Assembly (NCBI GenBank): GCA_046593995.1
Contig: JBKJQC010001225.1
Span: 1-36,623 of the forward strand
Direction: 5' to 3'
Source: Polyangiales bacterium
Lineage (GTDB): Bacteria; Myxococcota_A; Polyangia; Polyangiales; JADJMO01
DNA: 36,623 nucleotides
The notes under the pieces were generated by a model. That model was not told where the DNA came from. It did no database searches and saw only the letters and a program-made list of their open reading frames with translations. The number at the start of each line of letters is the position of its first letter. Positions within the stretch are counted from its first letter, which is position 1. Position numbers and translations under genes: made by a program. Of this stretch, positions 8,621-17,159 are shown piece after piece.

Positions 8621-9991
8621 CTACTTCGTGTGGCGAGACCGGATCATCTGGAAGTACCGGCGGGCGATCCCGCTCGCGGCCGCGGCGCGCCCGACGTTGC
8701 CGCCGTAGCGCGCGAGGACGCGCTCGATGTAGCGACGCTCGAACTCCTCGACGAGCATCTCGCGTGCGCGAGGGAACGCGAGATCCTTCTCCAGCACGTC
8801 CTCGATGGTGTCGCGCCCGACGGTCTCCGGCGGAGGCTCCGGTGTCGCCGCCGAGACCGCAGCGTGCGCGCCGGATGCGTCCGCGAGGCCGACCGTCCCC
8901 TGATCGCCGATCGCGAGGTAGCGAGCGACCGTGTTGTGGAGCTCGCGCACGTTCCCGGGCCACTCGTAGGCCTCGAAGCGCTGCAGGAGATCCGGGGGGA
9001 AGGGGCGGTCGGTGCCGCCGAGCTGACGGAAGAAATGGCGTGCGAGCGCGCCGATGTCTCCTTGCCGACGTCGGAGCGGCGGGAGCTCCACCCGCGTGAC
9101 GGCGAGCCGGTAGAAGAGGTCGTCGCGGAAGCGGCCCGCTTGGATCTCGTGATCGAGATCGCGCCGGGTCGCCGCGATGATCCGCACGTTGACCTTCATC
9201 CACTTCTCGCTGCCGACGCGCTGCACCTCGGAGCGCTCGATCGCGCGCAGGAGCTTCGGCTGGAGCGCGAGATCGAGATCGCCGATCTCGTCGATGAAGA
9301 GCGTGCCGTTGTGCGCGAGCTCGAAGACCCCTTTTCGCGTGGCGACCGCGCCCGTGAACGCGCCGCGCTCGTGCCCGAAGAGCGTCGACTCGGCGAGGTT
9401 CGGGGGTACTGCGGTGCAGTCGATCACGACGAACGCGCCCTGGGCGCGCGGCCCCGCTTCGTGCAGCGCCTCTGCGAGCAGCTCCTTGCCGGTGCCCGTC
9501 TCCCCCTCGATGACGCAGGGGACGTGGCTCTGCGCGATCTTCTCGAGCAGCGGGTAGATGCGCCGCATCTCGGGGCTCGCGCCGACGACGCGACCGAAGC
9601 GCATCGCCGGCGTGAGCGAGGTCGGCGCGGCGCTCGCCTGATCGATGCGGATCGACGTCTCGCCGATGTGCACCACCTCACCGCCACGGAGGAAGGCCTC
9701 GCCGACCTGGACGTCGTTCACGCTCGTGCCGTTGGTCGATCCGAGATCGGTCATACGCACCCGCGCGCCGGAGAGCTCGAGCGCGAGGTGCCGGCGTGAC
9801 ACGTGCGGATCGGCGAGTCGCAGCTCGCACGCGGGGCTCTGTCCGACGAGCAGTCGACCGACGTGCGCACCATCGAGCCGCACCGCTGCGCCGCGATCCG
9901 GCCCCTCGACGACCGTGACCACGAACGCCGCCTGGTCGGCCTCCGACGGCGGAAGCGATCGGCGGAGGACCGTCCTCGTCTCGTCGCTCAT
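8621..9991 (-). CDS. FHA-domain sigma54-dependent transcriptional activator (FHA-AAA+-Fis HTH)
   Basis: FHA motifs (VSRRH, DLGSTNGT), Walker A GETGTGKE, GAFTGA, LFIDEIG, WPGNVREL and a C-terminal HTH. Confidence 0.95.
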   Translation of the reverse strand: MSDETRTVLRRSLPPSEADQAAFVVTVVEGPDRGAAVRLDGAHVGRLLVGQSPACELRLADPHVSRRHLALELSGARVRMTDLGSTNGTSVNDVQVGEAFLRGGEVVHIGETSIRIDQASAAPTSLTPAMRFGRVVGASPEMRRIYPLLEKIAQSHVPCVIEGETGTGKELLAEALHEAGPRAQGAFVVIDCTAVPPNLAESTLFGHERGAFTGAVATRKGVFELAHNGTLFIDEIGDLDLALQPKLLRAIERSEVQRVGSEKWMKVNVRIIAATRRDLDHEIQAGRFRDDLFYRLAVTRVELPPLRRRQGDIGALARHFFRQLGGTDRPFPPDLLQRFEAYEWPGNVRELHNTVARYLAIGDQGTVGLADASGAHAAVSAATPEPPPETVGRDTIEDVLEKDLAFPRAREMLVEEFERRYIERVLARYGGNVGRAAAASGIARRYFQMIRSRHTK

Positions 9992-9997
9992 GAGGGG

Positions 9998-10003
9998 ATT
10001 CTA
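9998..10003 (-). promoter_or_regulatory. -10 box TAGAAT, 6 nt before the ATG (leaderless-type)
   Basis: Reverse strand reads TAGAAT-CCCCTC-ATG; no SD. Confidence 0.55.
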
Positions 10004-10055
10004 GACCACGTCCGCAACGGTCGCGTGCGAACGCCCGCGGCGCTAGGCTCCGACG

Positions 10056-10712
10056 GTGACGTCGCGTCCGGTCGATGGATGGGGAGCAGGCTCTCGCTCG
10101 CCGGCGGATTCGGCTCGCCTCGCAAGAAACGTCGATGACTGTTGGAGGTTCTTCGTGGGAGAGGCCGACGCGCAGAAGGCACTGCGAAAGTTGGTGTCGA
10201 TCCTCGAGGCGGAGCAGGTGCCGTACGCGATCATCGGCGCGCTCGCGCTGAACGAGTACGGACACAAGCGCGTCACGGTCGACGTAGACCTGATCCTTCG
10301 GGAGGAAGATCTCCAGGCCTTCAAGCGTCGTTGGCTCGGACGGGGTTATGCCGAACGCGTCCCGGGGACCGGCAAGCTTCTCGACACCGAGCACAACGTC
10401 CACATCGACGTGCTGACCACCGGGAGGTTCCCGGGCGACGACAAACCGAAACCGATCGCGTTTCCCGATCCGGCGACGACTGCGATCCGCGGCGAGCCCT
10501 TCGCGCTCCTACCGGTCGAGCGATGGATCGAGCTGAAGTTGGCTTCGGGGATGGTCGCACCGCATCGTCTGAAGGATTTGGCAGACGTACAGGAGCTGAT
10601 TCGGGCGGCCAGCCTTCCACGCACGATGGCCGACGACCTCGATCCCTGGGTTCGCGACAAGTTCATGGAGCTCTGGCATGCGGTCGACGCAGCGGGCTCC
10701 GATCCATTCTGA
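10056..10712 (+). CDS. Pol-beta-superfamily nucleotidyltransferase (DUF6036/AbiEii-like)
   Basis: YAIIGALAL..GHKRVTVDVDL catalytic motif, IELKLASG and RLKDLADV. TAGGCT lies 6 nt upstream of the GTG. Confidence 0.75.
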   Translation: MTSRPVDGWGAGSRSPADSARLARNVDDCWRFFVGEADAQKALRKLVSILEAEQVPYAIIGALALNEYGHKRVTVDVDLILREEDLQAFKRRWLGRGYAERVPGTGKLLDTEHNVHIDVLTTGRFPGDDKPKPIAFPDPATTAIRGEPFALLPVERWIELKLASGMVAPHRLKDLADVQELIRAASLPRTMADDLDPWVRDKFMELWHAVDAAGSDPF

Positions 10713-10763
10713 ACGCGCGCCGGTCGACGCGCCGCGTTCGCGAGCGTCCGAAAAAGCACCCCG

Positions 10764-11186
10764 TCAGTGCAGGCGCTCGAGCCGCAGCGCTTCTTCGTCG
10801 GAGCCGTCGTCGTTCTTCAGGTACACGGTCATCGCGTCGGGGCCTTCGATGAGGACGTCGAGCTCGCGCTTCATCGCGGGCTCGTCGATCGCGACGGTCA
10901 ACATGTCCCCCTCTTGGTCGACGATCTCGTACTTGCCGCCGATGCCCACGCTCGGGCCGGCGGAGAGGTTGAAGGTCGTCGCCGTGAACTCCAGCGTCAC
11001 GTCGATCGGGAGCTTCTGCAGGTTCTTCTTCTTCGCGGAGAGCACCCGCCACTTCCCGAGCAGCGAGGCCTTGCCGCGGGTGCGCGCGAAGCTCCAGCGG
11101 GGCGGGACGAAGGCGTTCGCCGGGGTGACCGCGGAGAGGACGACGGCGGAGAGCGCAGAGGCCCCCAGGAGACGAACGAAACGCAT
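10764..11186 (-). CDS. Secreted hypothetical protein (small beta-rich domain)
   Basis: Signal peptide MRFVRLLGASALSAVVLSAVTPANA, LLGKW motif, good codon bias. Confidence 0.65.
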   Translation of the reverse strand: MRFVRLLGASALSAVVLSAVTPANAFVPPRWSFARTRGKASLLGKWRVLSAKKKNLQKLPIDVTLEFTATTFNLSAGPSVGIGGKYEIVDQEGDMLTVAIDEPAMKRELDVLIEGPDAMTVYLKNDDGSDEEALRLERLH

Positions 11187-11222
11187 CGGGAGACCAGCGT
11201 AGCGTGCTATTTCACGAGGTCG

Positions 11223-11609
11223 ATGACGGCTTCCGGCTGGACGGCGATCGTCCTCGGCTCGGCCGTCGTGGTCCTCCTCTGGGCGACCTCGACCCCGCGC
11301 CGCCGCGACGAGCTCGCGCGCGATTTCGCGCGGCAGGTGTTCCTCGTCGACGGCATCGCCGACCGCGACGTGTTCGGGGACCACGTGCGCGCGCTCGTCC
11401 CCTTCCTCGCGCGGAGCGCCCGTGGATCGACGGTCGTCCTCGCGCGCGCGCCCGAGCAGGCCGCGGAGCTCGTCGCGGTCGAGGAAGGAGAGCAGGTCGC
11501 GATCAGCACGCTGCTCGGCCGTCATCGCGTCGTTCGCATCGACGACCGGCGGTGGGCGGTCGCCGTGTTGCCACGTTGGCTCGGCTTCCTCGGGAAGACG
11601 TCGTCATGA
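11223..11609 (+). CDS. Hypothetical protein with N-terminal TM anchor, ATGA-coupled to mutH
   Basis: MTASGWTAIVLGSAVVVLLWAT; the stop overlaps the mutH start (ATGA at 11606-11609). Confidence 0.6.
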   Translation: MTASGWTAIVLGSAVVVLLWATSTPRRRDELARDFARQVFLVDGIADRDVFGDHVRALVPFLARSARGSTVVLARAPEQAAELVAVEEGEQVAISTLLGRHRVVRIDDRRWAVAVLPRWLGFLGKTSS

Positions 11610-12286
11610 CGAACCCGCTGACGAGCCCGCGCGATCTCGACGAGCTGCGGCTCCGCGCGGGAGCGCTCGAAGGGCTCACGCTCGACGACGTCGCGCGGAC
11701 GCTCGGCACCGTCGCACCGAAGGTCAACGTGCACACCAAGGGGAAGGTCGGCGCGCTCGTCGAGCGTGCGCTCGGGGCGACCGGGGGCTCCTCCGCCGTG
11801 CACGATTTCCCGCACCTCGCGGTGGAGCTGAAGACCGTCCCCGTCGTGCGCGCGCCGTCGGGCGAGCTGAAGCCGCGCGAGTCGACCTACGTCTGCCGCA
11901 TCTCGCTCGACGACGCCGACCGCGCGGAGTGGGCCACGTCTTGGGCGCGCGCGAAGCTCTCGCACGTGTTGTTCGTGCCCGTCGTGGACGAGACGACGAT
12001 CGCGCGCCCGGTCTTCTGGAAGCCCACCCTCGACGAAGATGCGTTGCTCCGCGCGGACTTCGAGGAGCTGATGGGCACCATCGGCGCCGGCCGCATCGAG
12101 GAGCTGACCGCGCGTGACGGCGTCGTGCTGCAGGTGCGCCCGAAGGCCAAGGACGGCAGCGTGCGGACGATCGCGTACGACCGCGACGGAGACGTCGTCT
12201 CGACGGTGCCGCGCGGCTTCTATCTCCGAGCGCGCTTCGTCGGCTCGCTCATCCAGACCTCAGCGCGCGACACCGAGCTCGCGTAG
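11606..12286 (+). CDS. mutH: MutH/Sau3AI-family endonuclease, MutH-like
   Basis: 226 aa. KGKVGALVERALGA, DFPHLAVELKTVP (D..ExK), ESTYVC, LQVRPKA and GFYLR match the MutH motifs in order. Confidence 0.85.
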   Translation: MTNPLTSPRDLDELRLRAGALEGLTLDDVARTLGTVAPKVNVHTKGKVGALVERALGATGGSSAVHDFPHLAVELKTVPVVRAPSGELKPRESTYVCRISLDDADRAEWATSWARAKLSHVLFVPVVDETTIARPVFWKPTLDEDALLRADFEELMGTIGAGRIEELTARDGVVLQVRPKAKDGSVRTIAYDRDGDVVSTVPRGFYLRARFVGSLIQTSARDTELA

Positions 12287-13060
12287 CCGATCGGCGAGGG
12301 CGACCATCCCTTCGACGATGTCCCCGAGCGCGCGCTCGTCCGTCGTCTCCAGCAGCACCGCTTCGTACACCGCGCCGAGCGGCGAGAGCGGGGTCGCGGG
12401 TGACAGCTGCAGCTTCGACGGTGCGCGATTCGCCTGGAAGATCCGCGTGCAGTGCGCGAGCACCGCGGAATCGCGCAACACGCCGAGCGCGCGCGGAACG
12501 TCGTCGCTCGCCACCACGACGTCTTCGTCCCATCCGGGCGTGCCGAGATCTGCGACGTTCATCCCGGCGATGCTCGCGCGGAAGGTCACGAACCTTCGCT
12601 TCGTCAGGATCCCGAAGCGGAACTCCGCGGGGGCCTCGACGAGGACGATCACGTGCCAGCTCCCGCCGTTCAGCGCGGCCTGCTGTCGCGACATGGGGAC
12701 GCAGCGCACCTCGATCTCTCGGCCGCCCGGGCTCTCGGTGATCAGACGCGGCTGGATCAGAGGGCGCCCGAGGGTCGGCTTCACGATCGTGCCGCGTCCA
12801 GAAAAGAGCCGCGGCTGCAGGTCAGCGAGCATCGCAAGGATGCGCTCGTCCTTGTGGCGCGAGAGCACGAGCGCCATCGCGGCGAGGCCGATCAGCATCG
12901 CGAGCGGACCGAGACCGAGCGCCATGATGGCCGAGACCACCCGCTCGTCGCGCTTGCGTGTGACGAACGCGAGGACGGCGAACGGCGTCGAGAGCCCGAC
13001 GCCGAGGACGACGAAGAACCCCCAGAGGCAGCCGCTCGCCTTTCGGTCGAAGTCCCTCAC
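12260..13060 (-). CDS. Hypothetical membrane protein (2 N-terminal TM helices)
   Basis: Hydrophobic N-terminal segments; GTGA overlap with the upstream cNMP gene. Confidence 0.6.
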   Translation of the reverse strand: MRDFDRKASGCLWGFFVVLGVGLSTPFAVLAFVTRKRDERVVSAIMALGLGPLAMLIGLAAMALVLSRHKDERILAMLADLQPRLFSGRGTIVKPTLGRPLIQPRLITESPGGREIEVRCVPMSRQQAALNGGSWHVIVLVEAPAEFRFGILTKRRFVTFRASIAGMNVADLGTPGWDEDVVVASDDVPRALGVLRDSAVLAHCTRIFQANRAPSKLQLSPATPLSPLGAVYEAVLLETTDERALGDIVEGMVALADRLRELGVAR

Positions 13061-13935
13061 ACCACGAAGTCGAGCATTTGCACGCGCGTGAGATAGTCGA
13101 CGAGCGCGCGCTTGTAGTCGTCGACCAGGAGATCGAGCTTCACGAGCGTCCGCGCGTCACCGCTCTTCTCGACGGTGCCGCTGATCGGGATCTCGGCGCC
13201 GGGCAGGCAGAGGACCCCGCTCCACGCCTTGCCGGGCGTCCCGACCGCGGCGGCGAAGAAGAGCTGATCCTCGCTGATCTCGCGGACGGCGGCCTTGCGA
13301 CCGTCGTCGAGACGGACGCTCGCTTCGAACGACTTCGGCGGCTCGACGCGGTAGTGGCCGCGCCGGTTGTGCTCGATGAGCTCGTCGAGGTGCGACGCGA
13401 GCTGCTCGGAGAGCTCGGTCTCGGGGCTCTCGAGGACGAGGTCGCGGAGCTTCTTCATCGTCTTCTGCGTGCGGATGATGTTCGCGCGCATCTCGTCGAG
13501 CCGGTGCTCGTCGCGACGGACCTTGTCCGACACGATGGTGAGGAGCGAGTGGTAGAACGGGAATGCCACGTCGCCGCGGCGCTCGAAGAACTCCATCAGC
13601 TTGGGGACCGCCGCGCGCACGACCTCGGAGACCTGCGTCGCGACGGCCTTGACGTTGTGCGCGACGTTGGTGATCGCACCGAGCTCGCCGATGGGGGCCG
13701 GGGGGGAGAGGCGGAACTTGGGCTCCGTCTCGTCGCCCTCGTAGAGCGCGACCTCGCCGCGGACCAGGATCGTGAGGTGCGTCGCAGGATCGCCGGCGCG
13801 GAAGAGCACGTCGCCTTCTTTCAGCGTCTTCCGCTCGAACACGGCGTCGAGCTCTTTCACGTGGGCATCGGTCATGCGCGAGAAGAGCGGGATGGCGCGG
13901 AGGTCTGCGGGCGGCGGAAGGGTGCTCGTGCTCAT
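13057..13935 (-). CDS. Cyclic-nucleotide-binding domain protein with coiled coil and C-terminal PilZ-like domain
   Basis: LRAIPLFS..LFRAGD..GEV..IGELG (cNMP), a helical linker, then NRRGHYRV and REISE (PilZ-like). Start MSTSTLPP chosen at 13935. Confidence 0.75.
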   Translation of the reverse strand: MSTSTLPPPADLRAIPLFSRMTDAHVKELDAVFERKTLKEGDVLFRAGDPATHLTILVRGEVALYEGDETEPKFRLSPPAPIGELGAITNVAHNVKAVATQVSEVVRAAVPKLMEFFERRGDVAFPFYHSLLTIVSDKVRRDEHRLDEMRANIIRTQKTMKKLRDLVLESPETELSEQLASHLDELIEHNRRGHYRVEPPKSFEASVRLDDGRKAAVREISEDQLFFAAAVGTPGKAWSGVLCLPGAEIPISGTVEKSGDARTLVKLDLLVDDYKRALVDYLTRVQMLDFVV

Positions 13936-14153
13936 GGCGAGCCGATGGAACGGCGTGCGCATCGCGCGGTCAATCGGAGACGTCTCCGGGAGCGCGGAAC
14001 CCTGGATGACGCGGGTCGTCGGGTCGGAGGGGCACTGACCAAGCTGTGCCATCGAGCGTGACCGGGGGGTCACAGCGAGCTGCGCCTCCGCTTTGTCCTT
14101 CGTCGATTCTGCGGATTGTCCGCGAGGCGCGCTCCTTGCTCTCGCGCGACTCC

Positions 14154-15842
14154 ATGCTTCGCACGACAGCCGGCCGCCTCGCCCTCGTCTTGATGTTGCT
14201 CCCCGTGACGGCCTGGGTCCGCGACGCCGCGGCGTGCGGCGGTTGTCTCGTCCCGGAGCCGCCCCCTCCGTCGGAGGCCGATGCGTCGACCGTCCAGACG
14301 CCGACGGTCGTGACCGATCATCGGATCGTCGTCGCGCTCACGACGCAGGCGACCACGTTGTGGGATCAGGTCGAGTACGCAGGCGAGCCCGACGAGTTCG
14401 TCTGGGTGCTGCCGATCCGCGGCGACGTCCTCGTCGGCGTCGGCAGCGACGCGTTCATCGACGCCCTCGACGAGCGCACGACCCCGCAGGTGATCGGACC
14501 ACGTGTGTTCTGCAACCCGCCGCCGCAGGCCAATCCCGCGCCGATGCCCGGCGGTGGCGGAGGCGGTTTCGGTGGATCGTCGAGCTCGGGCGACTTCGGG
14601 TGTGGCTGCGGGGCGTCGTCGAGCGATGAAGCGTCGTTGTCCCCCAGTAGCTTCTCCGAAGACGCCGGCGCCTCGGCCAACGCAGAGGACGTCGGCATCC
14701 CCGACGAAGGCGTGACTGTCTCCCACCGGAGCGCGGTCGGCCCCTACGAGACGGTGCAGATCCGCGGCGACGGCACCGAGTCGATCGTGACGTGGCTCCG
14801 TAAAAACAAGTTCGCCATCCCCGCCGACATCGAGCCGATCCTCGGCGAGTACGTGAAGGAGGGGTTCGGGTTCCTCGTCGTGCGCCTGCGGCCGAACGTC
14901 GGCGTCCACGCGATGAAGCCGATCCGCGTGAGCTGGAAGGGGCTCGGCGTGTCGTTCCCCTTGCGGCTCGTGAAGGCCGGCGTCGCGTCGTCGGTCGGCA
15001 TCAAGCTCTTCGTCATCGGCGACGGTCGCTGGCGCGCGAAGAACTTCGGCAACTTCCAGATCACGCCCGAGGAGCTGACGTGGGACTTCAAGCAGTCGCG
15101 CAGCACCTTCACGGAGCTCCGCGACCAGAAGGCCAAGGCGCTCGACAGCCGCGCGTTCGCGATGGAGTCGAGCATCGACATCGTCGGTTCCTCGCTCCCG
15201 ACCAAGGACGACGACACCGTCGACGCCGGTCCGACCGCGCCGGACGCCGCGACGCCGACCGTGGACAGCGCGAAGTCCGACGGGGACGCGGCGAGCACCG
15301 ACTCTGCCGTCGGCGATTCCGCGGTCGACGACGCAGCCGACGGGGACGGCGCGAGCGACTCGCCAGCCTTGAGCGATGCGCCAGCCGTGAGCGACGCGCC
15401 GAGCGTTCCGGCCGACACCGGCGCCGACACCAGCTCGCTCCCGAGCTTCCCGAAGGACGCGAACGACGTGCAGATCGCGTTCGGCACGCGACAGGAACGG
15501 CGCGTGACGCGGCTCCGCGCCGACGTCCCCGTTCGTCACCTCGATCAAGACCTCGTCCTCGAAGCCGACCTCGATCAGTCGACGATCGGCACGCGATACG
15601 CGACCGCCAAGTGGGCGAACACCGCAGGCCTCTGCACCTACGGGGTGTCGTCGGTGACGCCGGCCTCGTTCGACGTGGTCGACGAGGACCCCACGCTCGA
15701 AGCGCCCGCGGGCGGTCTCGAGGGGCGCCCTGCCGCCTGCACCGTCGCCGAGGGAGGCACGCCGCTCCGCGCCCCGCTCCTCGGCCTCTCGCTGCTCGCG
15801 TTCGTCGGCGTCGTCCGCAAGGTGACACGCCGGCGTCGCTGA
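14154..15842 (+). CDS. DUF2330-domain secreted protein with MYXO-CTERM-like C-terminal anchor
   Basis: Signal peptide followed by ACGGC, LWDQVEYAGEPDEFVWVLP, VGPYETV, WLRKNKF and FPLRL. C-terminal Cys, TM segment and RRRR. Confidence 0.8.
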   Translation: MLRTTAGRLALVLMLLPVTAWVRDAAACGGCLVPEPPPPSEADASTVQTPTVVTDHRIVVALTTQATTLWDQVEYAGEPDEFVWVLPIRGDVLVGVGSDAFIDALDERTTPQVIGPRVFCNPPPQANPAPMPGGGGGGFGGSSSSGDFGCGCGASSSDEASLSPSSFSEDAGASANAEDVGIPDEGVTVSHRSAVGPYETVQIRGDGTESIVTWLRKNKFAIPADIEPILGEYVKEGFGFLVVRLRPNVGVHAMKPIRVSWKGLGVSFPLRLVKAGVASSVGIKLFVIGDGRWRAKNFGNFQITPEELTWDFKQSRSTFTELRDQKAKALDSRAFAMESSIDIVGSSLPTKDDDTVDAGPTAPDAATPTVDSAKSDGDAASTDSAVGDSAVDDAADGDGASDSPALSDAPAVSDAPSVPADTGADTSSLPSFPKDANDVQIAFGTRQERRVTRLRADVPVRHLDQDLVLEADLDQSTIGTRYATAKWANTAGLCTYGVSSVTPASFDVVDEDPTLEAPAGGLEGRPAACTVAEGGTPLRAPLLGLSLLAFVGVVRKVTRRRR

Positions 15843-15856
15843 ATGTTCCGACGACC

Positions 15857-17038
15857 TCAGGAGAGCTGGGCCTTCAGCTCGATGCGACCGCGTGCAGCGG
15901 AGACGCTGAGCGAAGGCTCATGCGTGAGGAGGGGAACGGCGTGGCTCACGCAGGACGCGACGTCTTCGCCGGCCCAGCCAGGAGCTGCGATCTCGATCGT
16001 CACGCCGTTCGGGGAGTCGTGCGTCCGAACCTCCAATCCGCTCAAGGCGCTCCGCTCCAACAACCGCCGTGCACCGACCCCGAGCAGCAGGGCGATGGCA
16101 GGCACCAACGTCCGCGCGACAGCGTGGGCGTCGGGGGACGAGAGCAGCTCGACGCGCACACCGCCCACGAGCTTCGTGAGATGCTCGGCGATCGCCTCGG
16201 CGTGGGAGACGCAGAGCGCGATGGGTTTTCGTTGGGCGTTCCGATGGAAGAGTGACTCGAGAGCCCTGATCGAACGGACCAGATGATCCGGCGTCGGACC
16301 GAGCTCTGCGAGGATCGCATCGAGGTCGTCGCCCGCGCGCAGCGTATCCTGCAGGACGGACTCCGCCCGCGTCCGCCCGGCCGAATCGGGCATTCGGAGC
16401 ACGCGCAAGGCTACCTGGAGCTCCGCGTTGCTGACCACGGCCTCGCTGACGCCAAGGCTGAGCGGGATGAGGAGGCTTCGCAGCTCGCCGAAGATCGGCT
16501 CCACCGCATCGACTTCCGCCTCCCAGACTCGGGCGCGCAGCAGTGCAGAAGTGTCACGCTCGAGACGTCGGGAGACCTCGTGAGCGAGCGCTTCGATCTC
16601 CCGGCGCTGGCCTTCCGGTAGGGTTCGCGGCGACGTGTCGACGACGCACAGCGATCCCATCACGACGTCGTGGATCATGAGCGGCGCGCCGAAATACGCT
16701 CGGATTCCATACGCGCTCACCATGCCCTGCGGTGCGCTGTCGTCGAGCGACGCGTCCTCCCATTCGAAGGCCTCGTTGTCCCGGACGATACGCTGACACA
16801 GCGAGACCGATCGATCCGCGCCCCCGATCAGCTGTAGCTCGGCAGGGAGGCCGGTGGAGGCGACGAAGAACTGCGAGCGCTTCCCCATCAACACGATGAG
16901 CGCGATGGGATATCCCGTCGTGTCCGCGGCGCGCCCGATGAATTCCGTCAGATCCGACTTCCGCGCCGCGTCGAGAACCGTCCCGAGGAGCCGCTCGCGC
17001 TCGTCGTTTCTTCCGAGGAGATCGATGCGGTCGGCCAT
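15857..17038 (-). CDS. GAF-domain protein with degenerate histidine-kinase-like C-terminus
   Basis: GAF motifs SLCQRIV, IRAYFGAPL and GSLCVVDTSPR. H-box-like IFGELRSLLIPL lacks the His. Confidence 0.7.
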   Translation of the reverse strand: MADRIDLLGRNDERERLLGTVLDAARKSDLTEFIGRAADTTGYPIALIVLMGKRSQFFVASTGLPAELQLIGGADRSVSLCQRIVRDNEAFEWEDASLDDSAPQGMVSAYGIRAYFGAPLMIHDVVMGSLCVVDTSPRTLPEGQRREIEALAHEVSRRLERDTSALLRARVWEAEVDAVEPIFGELRSLLIPLSLGVSEAVVSNAELQVALRVLRMPDSAGRTRAESVLQDTLRAGDDLDAILAELGPTPDHLVRSIRALESLFHRNAQRKPIALCVSHAEAIAEHLTKLVGGVRVELLSSPDAHAVARTLVPAIALLLGVGARRLLERSALSGLEVRTHDSPNGVTIEIAAPGWAGEDVASCVSHAVPLLTHEPSLSVSAARGRIELKAQLS

Positions 17039-17147
17039 GGCGGCACTATGCCCGAGGTGGGGTCGTCGCGCTCCAGGCATTCACTCGCGTCCCCCGGACG
17101 ACTCGCGTGTGTGTCGCCGCGCTGAGCGTGCGCGGTCCGATGCGGGG

Positions 17148-17153
17148 TACAAT
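17148..17153 (+). promoter_or_regulatory. -10 box TACAAT, 6 nt before the GTG (leaderless-type)
   Basis: Near-consensus hexamer in TA-poor DNA; no SD. Confidence 0.55.
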
Positions 17154-17159
17154 GCCCCG

